In this document: piece after piece, positions 30,068 to 38,731 of the stretch | How the letters are laid out: each line of letters opens with the position of its first letter | Position numbering within the stretch: the stretch's first letter is position 1 | Source: an uncultured Fibrobacteraceae bacterium | Lineage (GTDB): Bacteria > Krumholzibacteriota > Krumholzibacteriia > LZORAL124-64-63 | Assembly: GCA_964384055.1 (NCBI GenBank) | Contig: CAYLIV010000012.1 | Span: 1,635-65,634, forward strand | DNA: 64,000 bases | Direction: 5' to 3' | Translations under genes and position numbers: made by a program | Notes under the pieces: generated by a model | What the model saw: only the letters and a program-made list of their open reading frames with translations | Told to the model about the DNA's origin: nothing | Databases searched by the model: none

Positions 30068-30898
30068 ATGGGTGCAGACCGATCAAACCCGAGTCGACAC
30101 CGGAGCGTGGGCAGCGCCGTTGCCGGCGTGGTCGTCGTCGGCCTGGCCGTGCTGAGCGCGCTGCCGGGATCGGCGACCGTGGACCTGCGCTGGGCACCGG
30201 CCGACACGACCATCGATCTCGGCGACACCACGGTGATCTCGGTGCTGGTCGACGATCCGGTGGCCATCCGTACCTTCGAGGCCTGGATCGCCTTCGACGA
30301 CACGATCGTCAGCAGTGTCGACGGTATGCCGGGACAGCTTTACATGGACACCGGTGTCCGCCTGTGGGAGGGCTTCGAGGAAGTCGCGCCGGGGAACTGG
30401 CACGGCTACTGGGTGGTCATGTCCAATACCGATTGGACCGTCGGGCCGGGCGAGCTGTTCGCCTGGACCATTACCGGGATCAACGCTGGAACCTGCCCCG
30501 TCACGACCGGCGATCTGCGCTTGTGGGGACCGGACGGGGAAAACCTCATTGCCGACGTGTCGCTGGCCGCCACCACAGTCATCGTCGACGATTCGTCCCG
30601 GGTTCCCGACGACGGATCGACGCACCTGGCGTTCGATTGCTATCCGAATCCCTTCAATCCGCACACGGAGCTACGCTTCATCGTACCCGGCTCCGGCAAG
30701 GTGCGCATCGACGTGTTCGATCTGCGGGGCAACCGCGTCGCGACCGCCTTCGACGGCTGGGTCGAACAGGGATCGCTGACCGTCCCCTGGGATGCCAGCG
30801 ACGACGGTGGCCGCTCATTGGCCAGCGGTGTCTATCTCTTCCGCCTGACCGGCCCTGGAGCGATAAGCACGACAGCCCGGGGCGTGTTGCTCGAATAG
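30068..30898 (+). CDS. Small secreted protein: cohesin-like domain and FlgD-Ig CTD
   Basis: Signal peptide; IRTFEAWIAFDDTIV...GPGELFAWTI cohesin-like pattern; YPNPFNP CTD. Confidence 0.68.
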   Translation: MGADRSNPSRHRSVGSAVAGVVVVGLAVLSALPGSATVDLRWAPADTTIDLGDTTVISVLVDDPVAIRTFEAWIAFDDTIVSSVDGMPGQLYMDTGVRLWEGFEEVAPGNWHGYWVVMSNTDWTVGPGELFAWTITGINAGTCPVTTGDLRLWGPDGENLIADVSLAATTVIVDDSSRVPDDGSTHLAFDCYPNPFNPHTELRFIVPGSGKVRIDVFDLRGNRVATAFDGWVEQGSLTVPWDASDDGGRSLASGVYLFRLTGPGAISTTARGVLLE

Positions 30899-30966
30899 AC
30901 ATTCCTCATGCGCCGCCGGCGGGATAAGTCGGGTCGGCACGGCGAAGGATCGGCGAGGCGAAATCC

Positions 30967-31671
30967 ATGCGACTGGAAGACCTGCGCCGGGAACTGCGCA
31001 GTCACGGCACGTCCGAGCGCGCCGCCCACTCCCGAAAATATTTCAAGACCGGGCCCGGCGAATACGGAGCGGGCGATCGGTTCCTGGGTGTGCGAGTGCC
31101 GCTGGTGCGCAAACTCGCGCGCCGGTACCGTACGTTGAGTCGACGGCAAACGATTACCCTGCTCCGGTCGTCTTACCACGAGGAGCGGTTGCTGGCGCTG
31201 CTGATCCTGGTACACTGCTTCGAACGCGGCGACGACACCGAGCGCGAACGGATCTACGACACCTACCTCGAGAACACGGCCTGGATCAACAGCTGGGATC
31301 TGGTCGACTGTACCGCGCCGCACATCGTCGGCGCCTGGCTCTACCGGCGGGATCGCCGGATCCTGGACGAACTGGCCGCTGCCGCCGACCTGTGGCGACG
31401 GCGCATCGCTATCCTGGCCACGTTATACTTCATCAGGCATGACGACTTCGACGACGCCTTGCGGCTGGCCGATCGCTTGCTGCACGACGAGCACGACCTG
31501 ATACACAAGGCCGTGGGCTGGATGCTGCGCGAGATCGGCAACCGCGAATCGTCGGTGGCGGAGGGTTTTCTCTGCTCGCGCTACCGGACCATGCCCCGCA
31601 CGATGTTGCGTTATGCCATCGAACGGTTCCCTGAGCCCAGGCGGCAGGCCTATCTCAAGGGCACCATCTGA
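30967..31671 (+). CDS. DNA alkylation repair protein (AlkD-like HEAT-repeat glycosylase family)
   Basis: YFKTGPGEYG.GD.FLGVRVP, HEERL.AL, NSWDLVD, LIHKAVGWMLRE, MPRTMLRYAIE. Confidence 0.9.
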   Translation: MRLEDLRRELRSHGTSERAAHSRKYFKTGPGEYGAGDRFLGVRVPLVRKLARRYRTLSRRQTITLLRSSYHEERLLALLILVHCFERGDDTERERIYDTYLENTAWINSWDLVDCTAPHIVGAWLYRRDRRILDELAAAADLWRRRIAILATLYFIRHDDFDDALRLADRLLHDEHDLIHKAVGWMLREIGNRESSVAEGFLCSRYRTMPRTMLRYAIERFPEPRRQAYLKGTI

Positions 31672-31712
31672 CCGGTTCGATCCGGTATTTCCAGGTATGC
31701 GGAGCGGTTTTT

Positions 31713-31721
31713 TGGTATACT
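31713..31721 (+). promoter_or_regulatory. Putative extended -10 promoter
   Basis: TG-G-TATACT about 75 bp upstream of the ATG at 31798. Confidence 0.45.
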
Positions 31722-31797
31722 TGTAGGGCATCCCCTGCCAAGCGCCGGAATCACTCGGGTCGCACGTCGGCTCTTCTGTTCTTTGGAGGACTGGTTG

Positions 31798-34257
31798 ATG
31801 GATTCTCATCGTCCCTCGTCTGGTGTGCTCGGCCTACCGAGTCTCGTGGTGTTTGTCTTGGTGTTCCTGTGCAGCGCGCTGGCCGGCGCTGCGGGTGTCA
31901 CCTTCCTGCCCGGTCACGATCGGGAGTCGGCGAGCGAGGAACTGGCGCTTCAGCCCTCGCTGGCGGTCCCGGTCTGGGAGTTGCCGGGAGGATTGCTGGT
32001 GGCCGATCGCCTCGCCGCGGCGGACGGCAACCGTTTCGGCCCGTCCTTGCCCCGGGCGTTCCCCGCCGGCGAGTGGTTCGTGGTCGATACACGACGTCAC
32101 GCCCGGCAACCCGAGGGAGCCGCCGAACACAGTCTTGCCCTGGCCCGGTACGGTCAGGTCCACCTGAGCGATGCCGGCGTATACGTGGTGGAAGTGGCTG
32201 CCGACCGGTTGACCGACTTCGCCGCCTGCAACCTGGAACGACAGCGGATCGTCCTCGACCCGCCCCCCGCGGGCTGGCAGCACTACGCCGCGGCCATCAC
32301 CGCCACGGCCGCCGGCGACGCGGCGCGCCGGGCAGACGACCGAGTAGACCGCAGCGTGATCGAAGGTTTCCTGTCGGAAGGCGACGAGACGTCTTTCCGG
32401 CAGATTCTTCAGGAGATATCCGGCGCCGTCGCCTTCATGCACGAGGGGACGCCCCACACTGTCTACACCCGCTACTACGATACCGCCGACAAGAATCTGG
32501 TTGCCGACTACCTGGCTGCCACGCTGACCGGGTACGGCTATACGGTGGAGTTCGACGAATTCCGGGTCAGCGGTGTGGACTGCCGCAACGTCGTGGCAAC
32601 GCTGTTGGGTACGACCATGCCGGATGAGTACGTTGTCGTGGGAGGACACTACGACGCCACCAGCGAGCAGCCGTACGTGCTCGCTCCGGGTGCCGAGGAC
32701 GACGGCTCCGGCACGTCGCTGGTCATGGAGATCGCCCGCATGGCGGCCGGCCACGATTTCGAACGGTCGATCCAGTTCGTGCTGTTCGACTCGGAGGAAC
32801 AGGGACTGAACGGGAGCGAGCACTTCGTCGAAGAGGCCGTCGGCGCGGGCCGGGTCATCGTCGGTGCCATCATCGCCGACATGGTGACCTATTACGCCCA
32901 GAACTACGGCGTCATCATCGAAGGTCAGAACGAGTGGGAATGGCTCATGAGCATCATGGAGACCAGCGTCGAGACCTACACCACGCTGACCAACCGCAAG
33001 GACTACTACAGCTGGGGCAGCGACCACGTGCCGTTCCAGCAGGCCGGAATCCCTGCGTTTCTGGCCATCGACTGGGACTGGAACGTCTACCCGTACTACC
33101 ACAATTCCACCGACAACTGGCAGAACGTCGAAGCCACGGCTCACATCGGCCACGAAATCACCCAGGCCTGCGCCGCGACCCTTGCCGAAGTCGCCGGCCT
33201 GTTGGGGCCGCCGGCCGAGGCCGTGATCACGCCTCTGGCCTTCGACGTCACGGTGCCGGTCGACGGCGCCGCCACCGAGCACCTGACCATCGGCAACGAC
33301 GGTGCGCCGGGCAGTGTTCTCGGTTACGCCCTGTCCCAGAACAGCGCACCGCTGGCGAAGCGCAGTATCGCAGGCTCGGACATAACCCCATCGCCGTCGC
33401 AGTTCACACCCGGCGAAACGACCACCTACACGCTGACGGTGTTCAATGCGAGCACCGACGCCGAGTGGCTCGACGAGATCACGCTCGATTTCCCACCCGG
33501 TGTGAGCGTCCTGAACTCGACGGACTTCGTCGGCGGTTCCGACGGTCCGCTCGTGACCAACGGTGCAACCGGCGACGGCGCGTTTCTCGAGTGGACCGAT
33601 CAGAACGGGAGCTGGGGTAACATCCACGAGCAGGAGACGGCGACTGCCGACGTGACCTTGCAGTTCACGCCCGACCTGTGGACTGATCTGAACGTTCCCT
33701 TTACCATCAGCGGTGACGTCTACGGCGATGAACCCCACGATATCGCCGGCACCGTGCCCTTCACGATCCACAATCCCGCGACCTGGCTGACGCTGCCCGT
33801 CAGCGAGGGGCAGTGCGAGGTCGACGAGTACCATGATCTGCTCGTCGAATTCGATGCCACCGGACTCGCGGCGGGCGACTACGGTGCGAACATCACGGTC
33901 GCCCACAGTGCGGGCGACGACGTCGTCATTCCGGTGTTATTGCATGTGGACGACTCGACGGACACCGTGATAGCTGCGGCCGGCGTGCGCCTGTACGGCA
34001 ATCATCCCAATCCTTTCAATCCGCAGACGACGATCGATTTCGAGCTGCCGCGAGCCGAGCGGGTGGAGCTGGCGGTGTTCGACGTCAACGGACGACGGCT
34101 CGTCACGCTGGTCGACGGGCTGCTCCCCGCCGGTCGGCATAGTATCGTGTGGCGGGGTAGGGATCAACAGGGCCGGGTGCTCGCCAGCGGGCCGTACTTC
34201 TGTCGGCTCACCGCCGGCACGACGATTCGGTGCGATCGCATGTCGCTTGTGAAATAG
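31798..34257 (+). CDS. Secreted M28 zinc aminopeptidase with Ig-like domains and FlgD-Ig CTD
   Basis: RBS GGAGGA; VGGHYD, APGAEDDGSG, FDSEEQG, ADM, SDHVPF, YYH metal-ligand motifs; PNPFNPQTT CTD. Confidence 0.9.
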   Translation: MDSHRPSSGVLGLPSLVVFVLVFLCSALAGAAGVTFLPGHDRESASEELALQPSLAVPVWELPGGLLVADRLAAADGNRFGPSLPRAFPAGEWFVVDTRRHARQPEGAAEHSLALARYGQVHLSDAGVYVVEVAADRLTDFAACNLERQRIVLDPPPAGWQHYAAAITATAAGDAARRADDRVDRSVIEGFLSEGDETSFRQILQEISGAVAFMHEGTPHTVYTRYYDTADKNLVADYLAATLTGYGYTVEFDEFRVSGVDCRNVVATLLGTTMPDEYVVVGGHYDATSEQPYVLAPGAEDDGSGTSLVMEIARMAAGHDFERSIQFVLFDSEEQGLNGSEHFVEEAVGAGRVIVGAIIADMVTYYAQNYGVIIEGQNEWEWLMSIMETSVETYTTLTNRKDYYSWGSDHVPFQQAGIPAFLAIDWDWNVYPYYHNSTDNWQNVEATAHIGHEITQACAATLAEVAGLLGPPAEAVITPLAFDVTVPVDGAATEHLTIGNDGAPGSVLGYALSQNSAPLAKRSIAGSDITPSPSQFTPGETTTYTLTVFNASTDAEWLDEITLDFPPGVSVLNSTDFVGGSDGPLVTNGATGDGAFLEWTDQNGSWGNIHEQETATADVTLQFTPDLWTDLNVPFTISGDVYGDEPHDIAGTVPFTIHNPATWLTLPVSEGQCEVDEYHDLLVEFDATGLAAGDYGANITVAHSAGDDVVIPVLLHVDDSTDTVIAAAGVRLYGNHPNPFNPQTTIDFELPRAERVELAVFDVNGRRLVTLVDGLLPAGRHSIVWRGRDQQGRVLASGPYFCRLTAGTTIRCDRMSLVK

Positions 34258-34347
34258 CGTCGGCACAATGCTGCTCGTCGTCGGAATGAGCGGTGCCCTT
34301 GCCGTCGGATCCGGCGACGGCGATACCGTGGTCGATGATGCCCCTCC

Positions 34348-34377
34348 TTGACACCGGAAGGCGGAAGTTACTACCCT
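34348..34377 (+). promoter_or_regulatory. Putative sigma70 promoter for dacA
   Basis: TTGACA-N18-TACCCT about 60 bp upstream of the ATG. Confidence 0.4.
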
Positions 34378-34436
34378 GAGGCACCACGTGAGCCCTGACC
34401 GGTCGTTTCGACCTTGCTCCAGCCGAGGAACGCTCC

Positions 34437-35657
34437 ATGACGAAGAAGGATCTTCTGTGCCTGCCGATATTGCTTCTCCTGACGGCGATACCGCTTTCTA
34501 CTGTCGATCCGGCATTGAGCCGGGCCGCGGATAGCGGCGCGAGCGCAACCGGCGCCGAGGACGCCGCGACTACGGTGCCCGACGCCCCCCCGAGACCGGC
34601 CCAGCTCGACGGTGACTTCAAGTCGGCCATTGTCGTCGATGCCGATACGGGCGAGGTGCTCGTGGCCAGCAATCCCCGCCGGCGCAGTCAGCCGGCGAGC
34701 ATGCTCAAGATGATGACCGAGCTGATCGTGCTGGAACGCATCGCCGAGGGCGATCTGGCCCTGGATGACACCACCGAGGTGTCCGCCAAGGCGAGTCGCA
34801 TGGGCGGTTCGCAGGTCTACCTGAAACACGGCGAGGTGTTCACCATCGAGGAACTGCTGGGCGCCCTGGCCATCCACTCGGCCAACGACGCCGCGGTCTG
34901 TCTCGCCGAGCACGTTGCCGGGTCCACCGAGGCCTTCATCGACCTGATGAACCTGCGAGCCCGCGAACTCGGCATGAACGACACCGAATTCCACACCGTG
35001 CATGGTCTACCTCCGGAGTGGAACCAGCAACCGGATCTGACCACCGCCTACGATCTGACGCTGCTCGGTCGCGAGCTCGTCGAGTATCCCCAGGCGCTCG
35101 ACTGGTCGGCGACCGCCACGGCACCGTTTCGCGACGGCGAATTCATCATGTACAATCCCAACAAACTGGTGGGCAAGTTCCGTGGCCTCGACGGTCTGAA
35201 AACCGGTTTCCACGGGCGCTCGGGATTCTGCGTGACGGCGACGGCCATCCAGAAGGGCAAGCGGCTGATTTCCGTGGTCATGGGCTGCTCGACCGATCGG
35301 AGCCGGGCCACGGAGACCACGCGGCTGATGAGCTACGGCTTCAATCTCTACACCAAGACCGAGCTGGTGGCGGAGCCCATGCAGATGCTCACGCAACCTT
35401 ATCCGGTCAAAGGCGGTAAGAAGAAGGCGATCGACCTGGCTTATGCGAAACCGCTGGCGTTGAGCGTGCTGAAGGACCGGATCTCGGAGGTCAGGCTGCA
35501 ACCGGATCTTCCCGAAAAGCTCGCCGCGCCGATTACCGAGGGAGACGTGGTCGGACGAGCGGTCGCCGTGCTCGACGGTCACGAACTCGGATCGGTGGCC
35601 ATCGTCGCGACCGAAACGGTCGAGAAAGGCAACTGGCTCGATCGACTGTTCCATTGA
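34437..35657 (+). CDS. dacA: D-alanyl-D-alanine carboxypeptidase (peptidase S11, PBP5/6 family)
   Basis: PASMLK (SxxK), SAND (SxN), LKTG (KTG), and a C-terminal PBP5_C domain (L.API..G..VG). Confidence 0.92.
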   Translation: MTKKDLLCLPILLLLTAIPLSTVDPALSRAADSGASATGAEDAATTVPDAPPRPAQLDGDFKSAIVVDADTGEVLVASNPRRRSQPASMLKMMTELIVLERIAEGDLALDDTTEVSAKASRMGGSQVYLKHGEVFTIEELLGALAIHSANDAAVCLAEHVAGSTEAFIDLMNLRARELGMNDTEFHTVHGLPPEWNQQPDLTTAYDLTLLGRELVEYPQALDWSATATAPFRDGEFIMYNPNKLVGKFRGLDGLKTGFHGRSGFCVTATAIQKGKRLISVVMGCSTDRSRATETTRLMSYGFNLYTKTELVAEPMQMLTQPYPVKGGKKKAIDLAYAKPLALSVLKDRISEVRLQPDLPEKLAAPITEGDVVGRAVAVLDGHELGSVAIVATETVEKGNWLDRLFH

Positions 35658-37339
35658 CCGCATTATCGCGCCGTGAACCGGGATGGGTGACGATGTCTGA
35701 ATCTCGGCTCTCTCTTCACCGCACGCGCGTCGTGGCCGCCGGAAGGCGGCGCCCGGGTGTCCGCGCGGCGGCACCTCTGCGGGTGCCGCTTCGGGTGGCG
35801 TGGTGGCTGGTGTTGCTGGCGGCGAGCCCGTTGTTGCTGGCGGCCTGTGGCCCGCGTCCGGCCGTGCGCTGCGTGTTTCCGGACGATCTGCTGTACAGCG
35901 CGGCCCTGGACTCCATCGGACTGGACACCTTTTCCCAGCTGGCGGTCACACAGCAGGCAACGCGGCGGCAACAAGCGCGCGGCTGGCTGTCACAGGCGAA
36001 ACGCAGTACTCGAACCGACACGGAGATACGGTCGCTGCGCAACAGCGTCGGCCTGGCACCCGACCAACCGGAAGTCTGGCTCGAGCTGGCGGAACTGACC
36101 CGCTGGACCGGCGACTACCAGGACGCACTGTCCTACTTGCGCAACGCGTGGGAAAGCACACCGTTCGCTGCCGCCGACCGCCGGAATGAACTGCGCAACC
36201 TCATCGCCCACGCTTATTCCTGGCTACACTACGACCGCGGAGAGTGGCGAAAAGGGCTCGCCTGGTCGGATACCTCCCTCGTCTACGGGCCCGAGGAACA
36301 GAACACCATGCAGATCCGGGGTCTGCTGATGGCTTGCTCCGGGAAACTCCGTTATGCCGAAGATATCGCCCGCGAGATTTACCGGCGCGATCCGTTCAAT
36401 CCCGACATACGCTGGATCCGCGGGATGAGCGACTGGGGACAGAAGCGGTACGAGGAAGCGTCGCAGAGTTTCTCGGGCGTGCGACCAACCGTGCGACATC
36501 GCGCCGAGTGCTGGCAGAGCACGGCCACGCTGGAGGAATATCTCCATCACTGGGACGAAGCCAGGAGGCGGTACGAACGAACGCGGGCCTCGTTGCCGTT
36601 GTCGGCTCCGACCTGTTTGAGCCGGCACGAATTCCAGCCGCTGGATCAACGTGGCGAGGTATCCCTCATGCCTGTCTGGCTGGCCTTCGATCGGTTTTTC
36701 GTCGCCGGCTCGATGTCGGCCTACACGGCGCTGGCAGCGCGGCGGCTGGAGCGGTCCAGTACGAGCGCCGAGCGGGAATTCTGGGCCGGGGCGACGGTCG
36801 ACGCCGCCAGCATCTGCATCCGCAAGGACCTGGACAAGCCGTGGGCGCTCGTGGCCAGAGGCATCGTCTTCGCCCAGATCGAGCGTTTCGGTCTGGCGCG
36901 CCAGGACCTGGGACGGGCGGTCCGTATGTTCGAAAAACGACGCCACGAACCTGCCGAAGCGCTGGCCTGGCTCGGGCACGTTCACCTGAAGGAAGAATCG
37001 TTTCCGGCGGCGCTGCCCTTCCTGCGGCGGGCCGTGGCGGCCGATAACGGGTCGGCGACAGCCTGGAGCGATCTCGGCCTGGCGTTGATCAAGACCGGCG
37101 ACATGTCGGCGGCCGTCGACGCGCTGGACAAGGCCATCGCGCTGGACGACGCGCTCGCTGTCGCCTGGTACAATCGCGGCCTGACCCATTTCCACGCCAA
37201 GCGCTGGACCGCGGCCATCGGCGACCTGGAGGTCGCCGCGCGCCTGGCGCCCGACAACGCCAATGTCCAGCAAACCTTGCGGCGCGCCCGGATCATGGCG
37301 GACCGCGCTCCGGTTCCGGCCTCAACCGACGACGAATGA
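35654..37339 (+). CDS. TPR-repeat lipoprotein, function unknown
   Basis: Lipobox LLAA-C; TPR-like repeats (AWSDLGLAL, AWYNRGL...A..DLE.A..LAPDN). The true start may be further downstream. Confidence 0.75.
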   Translation: MTALSRREPGWVTMSESRLSLHRTRVVAAGRRRPGVRAAAPLRVPLRVAWWLVLLAASPLLLAACGPRPAVRCVFPDDLLYSAALDSIGLDTFSQLAVTQQATRRQQARGWLSQAKRSTRTDTEIRSLRNSVGLAPDQPEVWLELAELTRWTGDYQDALSYLRNAWESTPFAAADRRNELRNLIAHAYSWLHYDRGEWRKGLAWSDTSLVYGPEEQNTMQIRGLLMACSGKLRYAEDIAREIYRRDPFNPDIRWIRGMSDWGQKRYEEASQSFSGVRPTVRHRAECWQSTATLEEYLHHWDEARRRYERTRASLPLSAPTCLSRHEFQPLDQRGEVSLMPVWLAFDRFFVAGSMSAYTALAARRLERSSTSAEREFWAGATVDAASICIRKDLDKPWALVARGIVFAQIERFGLARQDLGRAVRMFEKRRHEPAEALAWLGHVHLKEESFPAALPFLRRAVAADNGSATAWSDLGLALIKTGDMSAAVDALDKAIALDDALAVAWYNRGLTHFHAKRWTAAIGDLEVAARLAPDNANVQQTLRRARIMADRAPVPASTDDE

Positions 37340-37471
37340 TCCCGAAATAGTACCGGACGGCGTTTTTCCTGTTCGTTGCCCGGGCGGGGGATATGCTAGT
37401 ATGCACACGATCCTGGCCGTCATGTGTAGGCCGGACGGAACCGGTTGTCTCTAGCGACTGTTGATCAACGG

Positions 37472-38731
37472 ATGACAGCACTTCCCGCACGTAAAATAGC
37501 CTATCTCGTCAATCGCTACCCCAAGGTCAGCCACAGTTTCATCCGGCGTGAGATCGCGGGGCTCGAAGCTAACGGCGTGTCGGTGGAGCGTTTTTCCCTG
37601 CGCGGCTGCGAGGAGGAACTGGTCGACGCGGCGGATCTGGCGGAACTGCAGCGTACGCGTGTGGTTCTCGCCGGTGGCCGGCTCCGGCTATTGCGCTACC
37701 TGCTGGGCGCTTGCGTCCGCCGGCCGGGACGTCTGTCGCGGGCGCTGCGGCTGGCGGTGAAGATCGGTCGACATTCGGATCGTGGCCTCGCCCGTCACCT
37801 GGCGTATCTGGCCGAGGCCTGCGTGCTCGTGGAGTGGTTTGCCGCAGCCGACATCGGCCATGTCCACGCCCATTTCGGTACCAATTCGGCGGCGGTCGCC
37901 CTGCTGTGCCGGGTACTGGGCGGGCCGCCCTACAGCTTCACGATTCACGGCCCGGAGGAATTCGACAAGGCATCGGTGCTCGCCCTGGCCGACAAGGTCG
38001 CGCGGGCGGCCTTTGTTGCGGTGGTCAGTTCCTTCGGCCGCAGCCAGCTCATGCGCTGGACCACCAGCGCGGACTGGCCGCGGATCGAGGTGATCCACTG
38101 CGGTCTCGACGACGACTATCTCGCGGCGACGCCGACGCCGGTGCCGGATGTGTCGCACCTGGTGTGCGTCGGCCGACTCTGCGAGCAGAAAGGCCAGCTC
38201 CTGTTGCTCGAGGCCATCGGCGCTGTCGCCGCCGAAGGAGTGCCGGTCCAGCTCACCCTGGTCGGCGACGGACCGCTGCGGGGCGATATCGAGCGGCGCA
38301 TCGCCGCCCTGCATCTTCACGACCGGGTCCGGATCACCGGCTGGGCCAGTGGCGACGCGGTGCGGCAATACCTCGACCAGGCGCGAGCGCTGGTACTGCC
38401 GAGCTTCGCCGAAGGCCTACCCGTGGTGATCATGGAAGCCCTGGCCCTGGGCCGCCCGGTGATCAGCACCTACATCGCCGGTATTCCCGAACTGGTCGAA
38501 CCCGGTGTGAGCGGCTGGCTGGTGCCGGCCGGGTCGGTCGCGGATCTGGCAGCGGCCGTACGCGAGGTGCTGGCGGCGCCGGTCGCAGAGCTCGGCCGGC
38601 TCGGTGCCGCGGGCGCTGAACGTGTCGGCCGGCGGCACAGCGCGCTGATCGAGGCGCGGAAGCTGCAAGCGCTGTTCGCGGCGAGCCTGAACTCCGCTAA
38701 CGACAACCCCGACGACGATAGGTCCGGTTGA
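37472..38731 (+). CDS. Glycosyltransferase family 4
   Basis: YP..SHSFI.REI, HVHAHFG, VGRLCEQKG, LPSFAEGLPVVIMEA (EX7E), ELVE.GVSGWLV. Confidence 0.93.
   Translation: MTALPARKIAYLVNRYPKVSHSFIRREIAGLEANGVSVERFSLRGCEEELVDAADLAELQRTRVVLAGGRLRLLRYLLGACVRRPGRLSRALRLAVKIGRHSDRGLARHLAYLAEACVLVEWFAAADIGHVHAHFGTNSAAVALLCRVLGGPPYSFTIHGPEEFDKASVLALADKVARAAFVAVVSSFGRSQLMRWTTSADWPRIEVIHCGLDDDYLAATPTPVPDVSHLVCVGRLCEQKGQLLLLEAIGAVAAEGVPVQLTLVGDGPLRGDIERRIAALHLHDRVRITGWASGDAVRQYLDQARALVLPSFAEGLPVVIMEALALGRPVISTYIAGIPELVEPGVSGWLVPAGSVADLAAAVREVLAAPVAELGRLGAAGAERVGRRHSALIEARKLQALFAASLNSANDNPDDDRSG

Noticed and set aside
31834-33906. 690-aa minus-strand ORF, and similar long ORFs at 41933-43105, 43959-45779, 46076-47752 and 52020-53534
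   Set aside because: They are shadow or alternative frames over well-supported genes.
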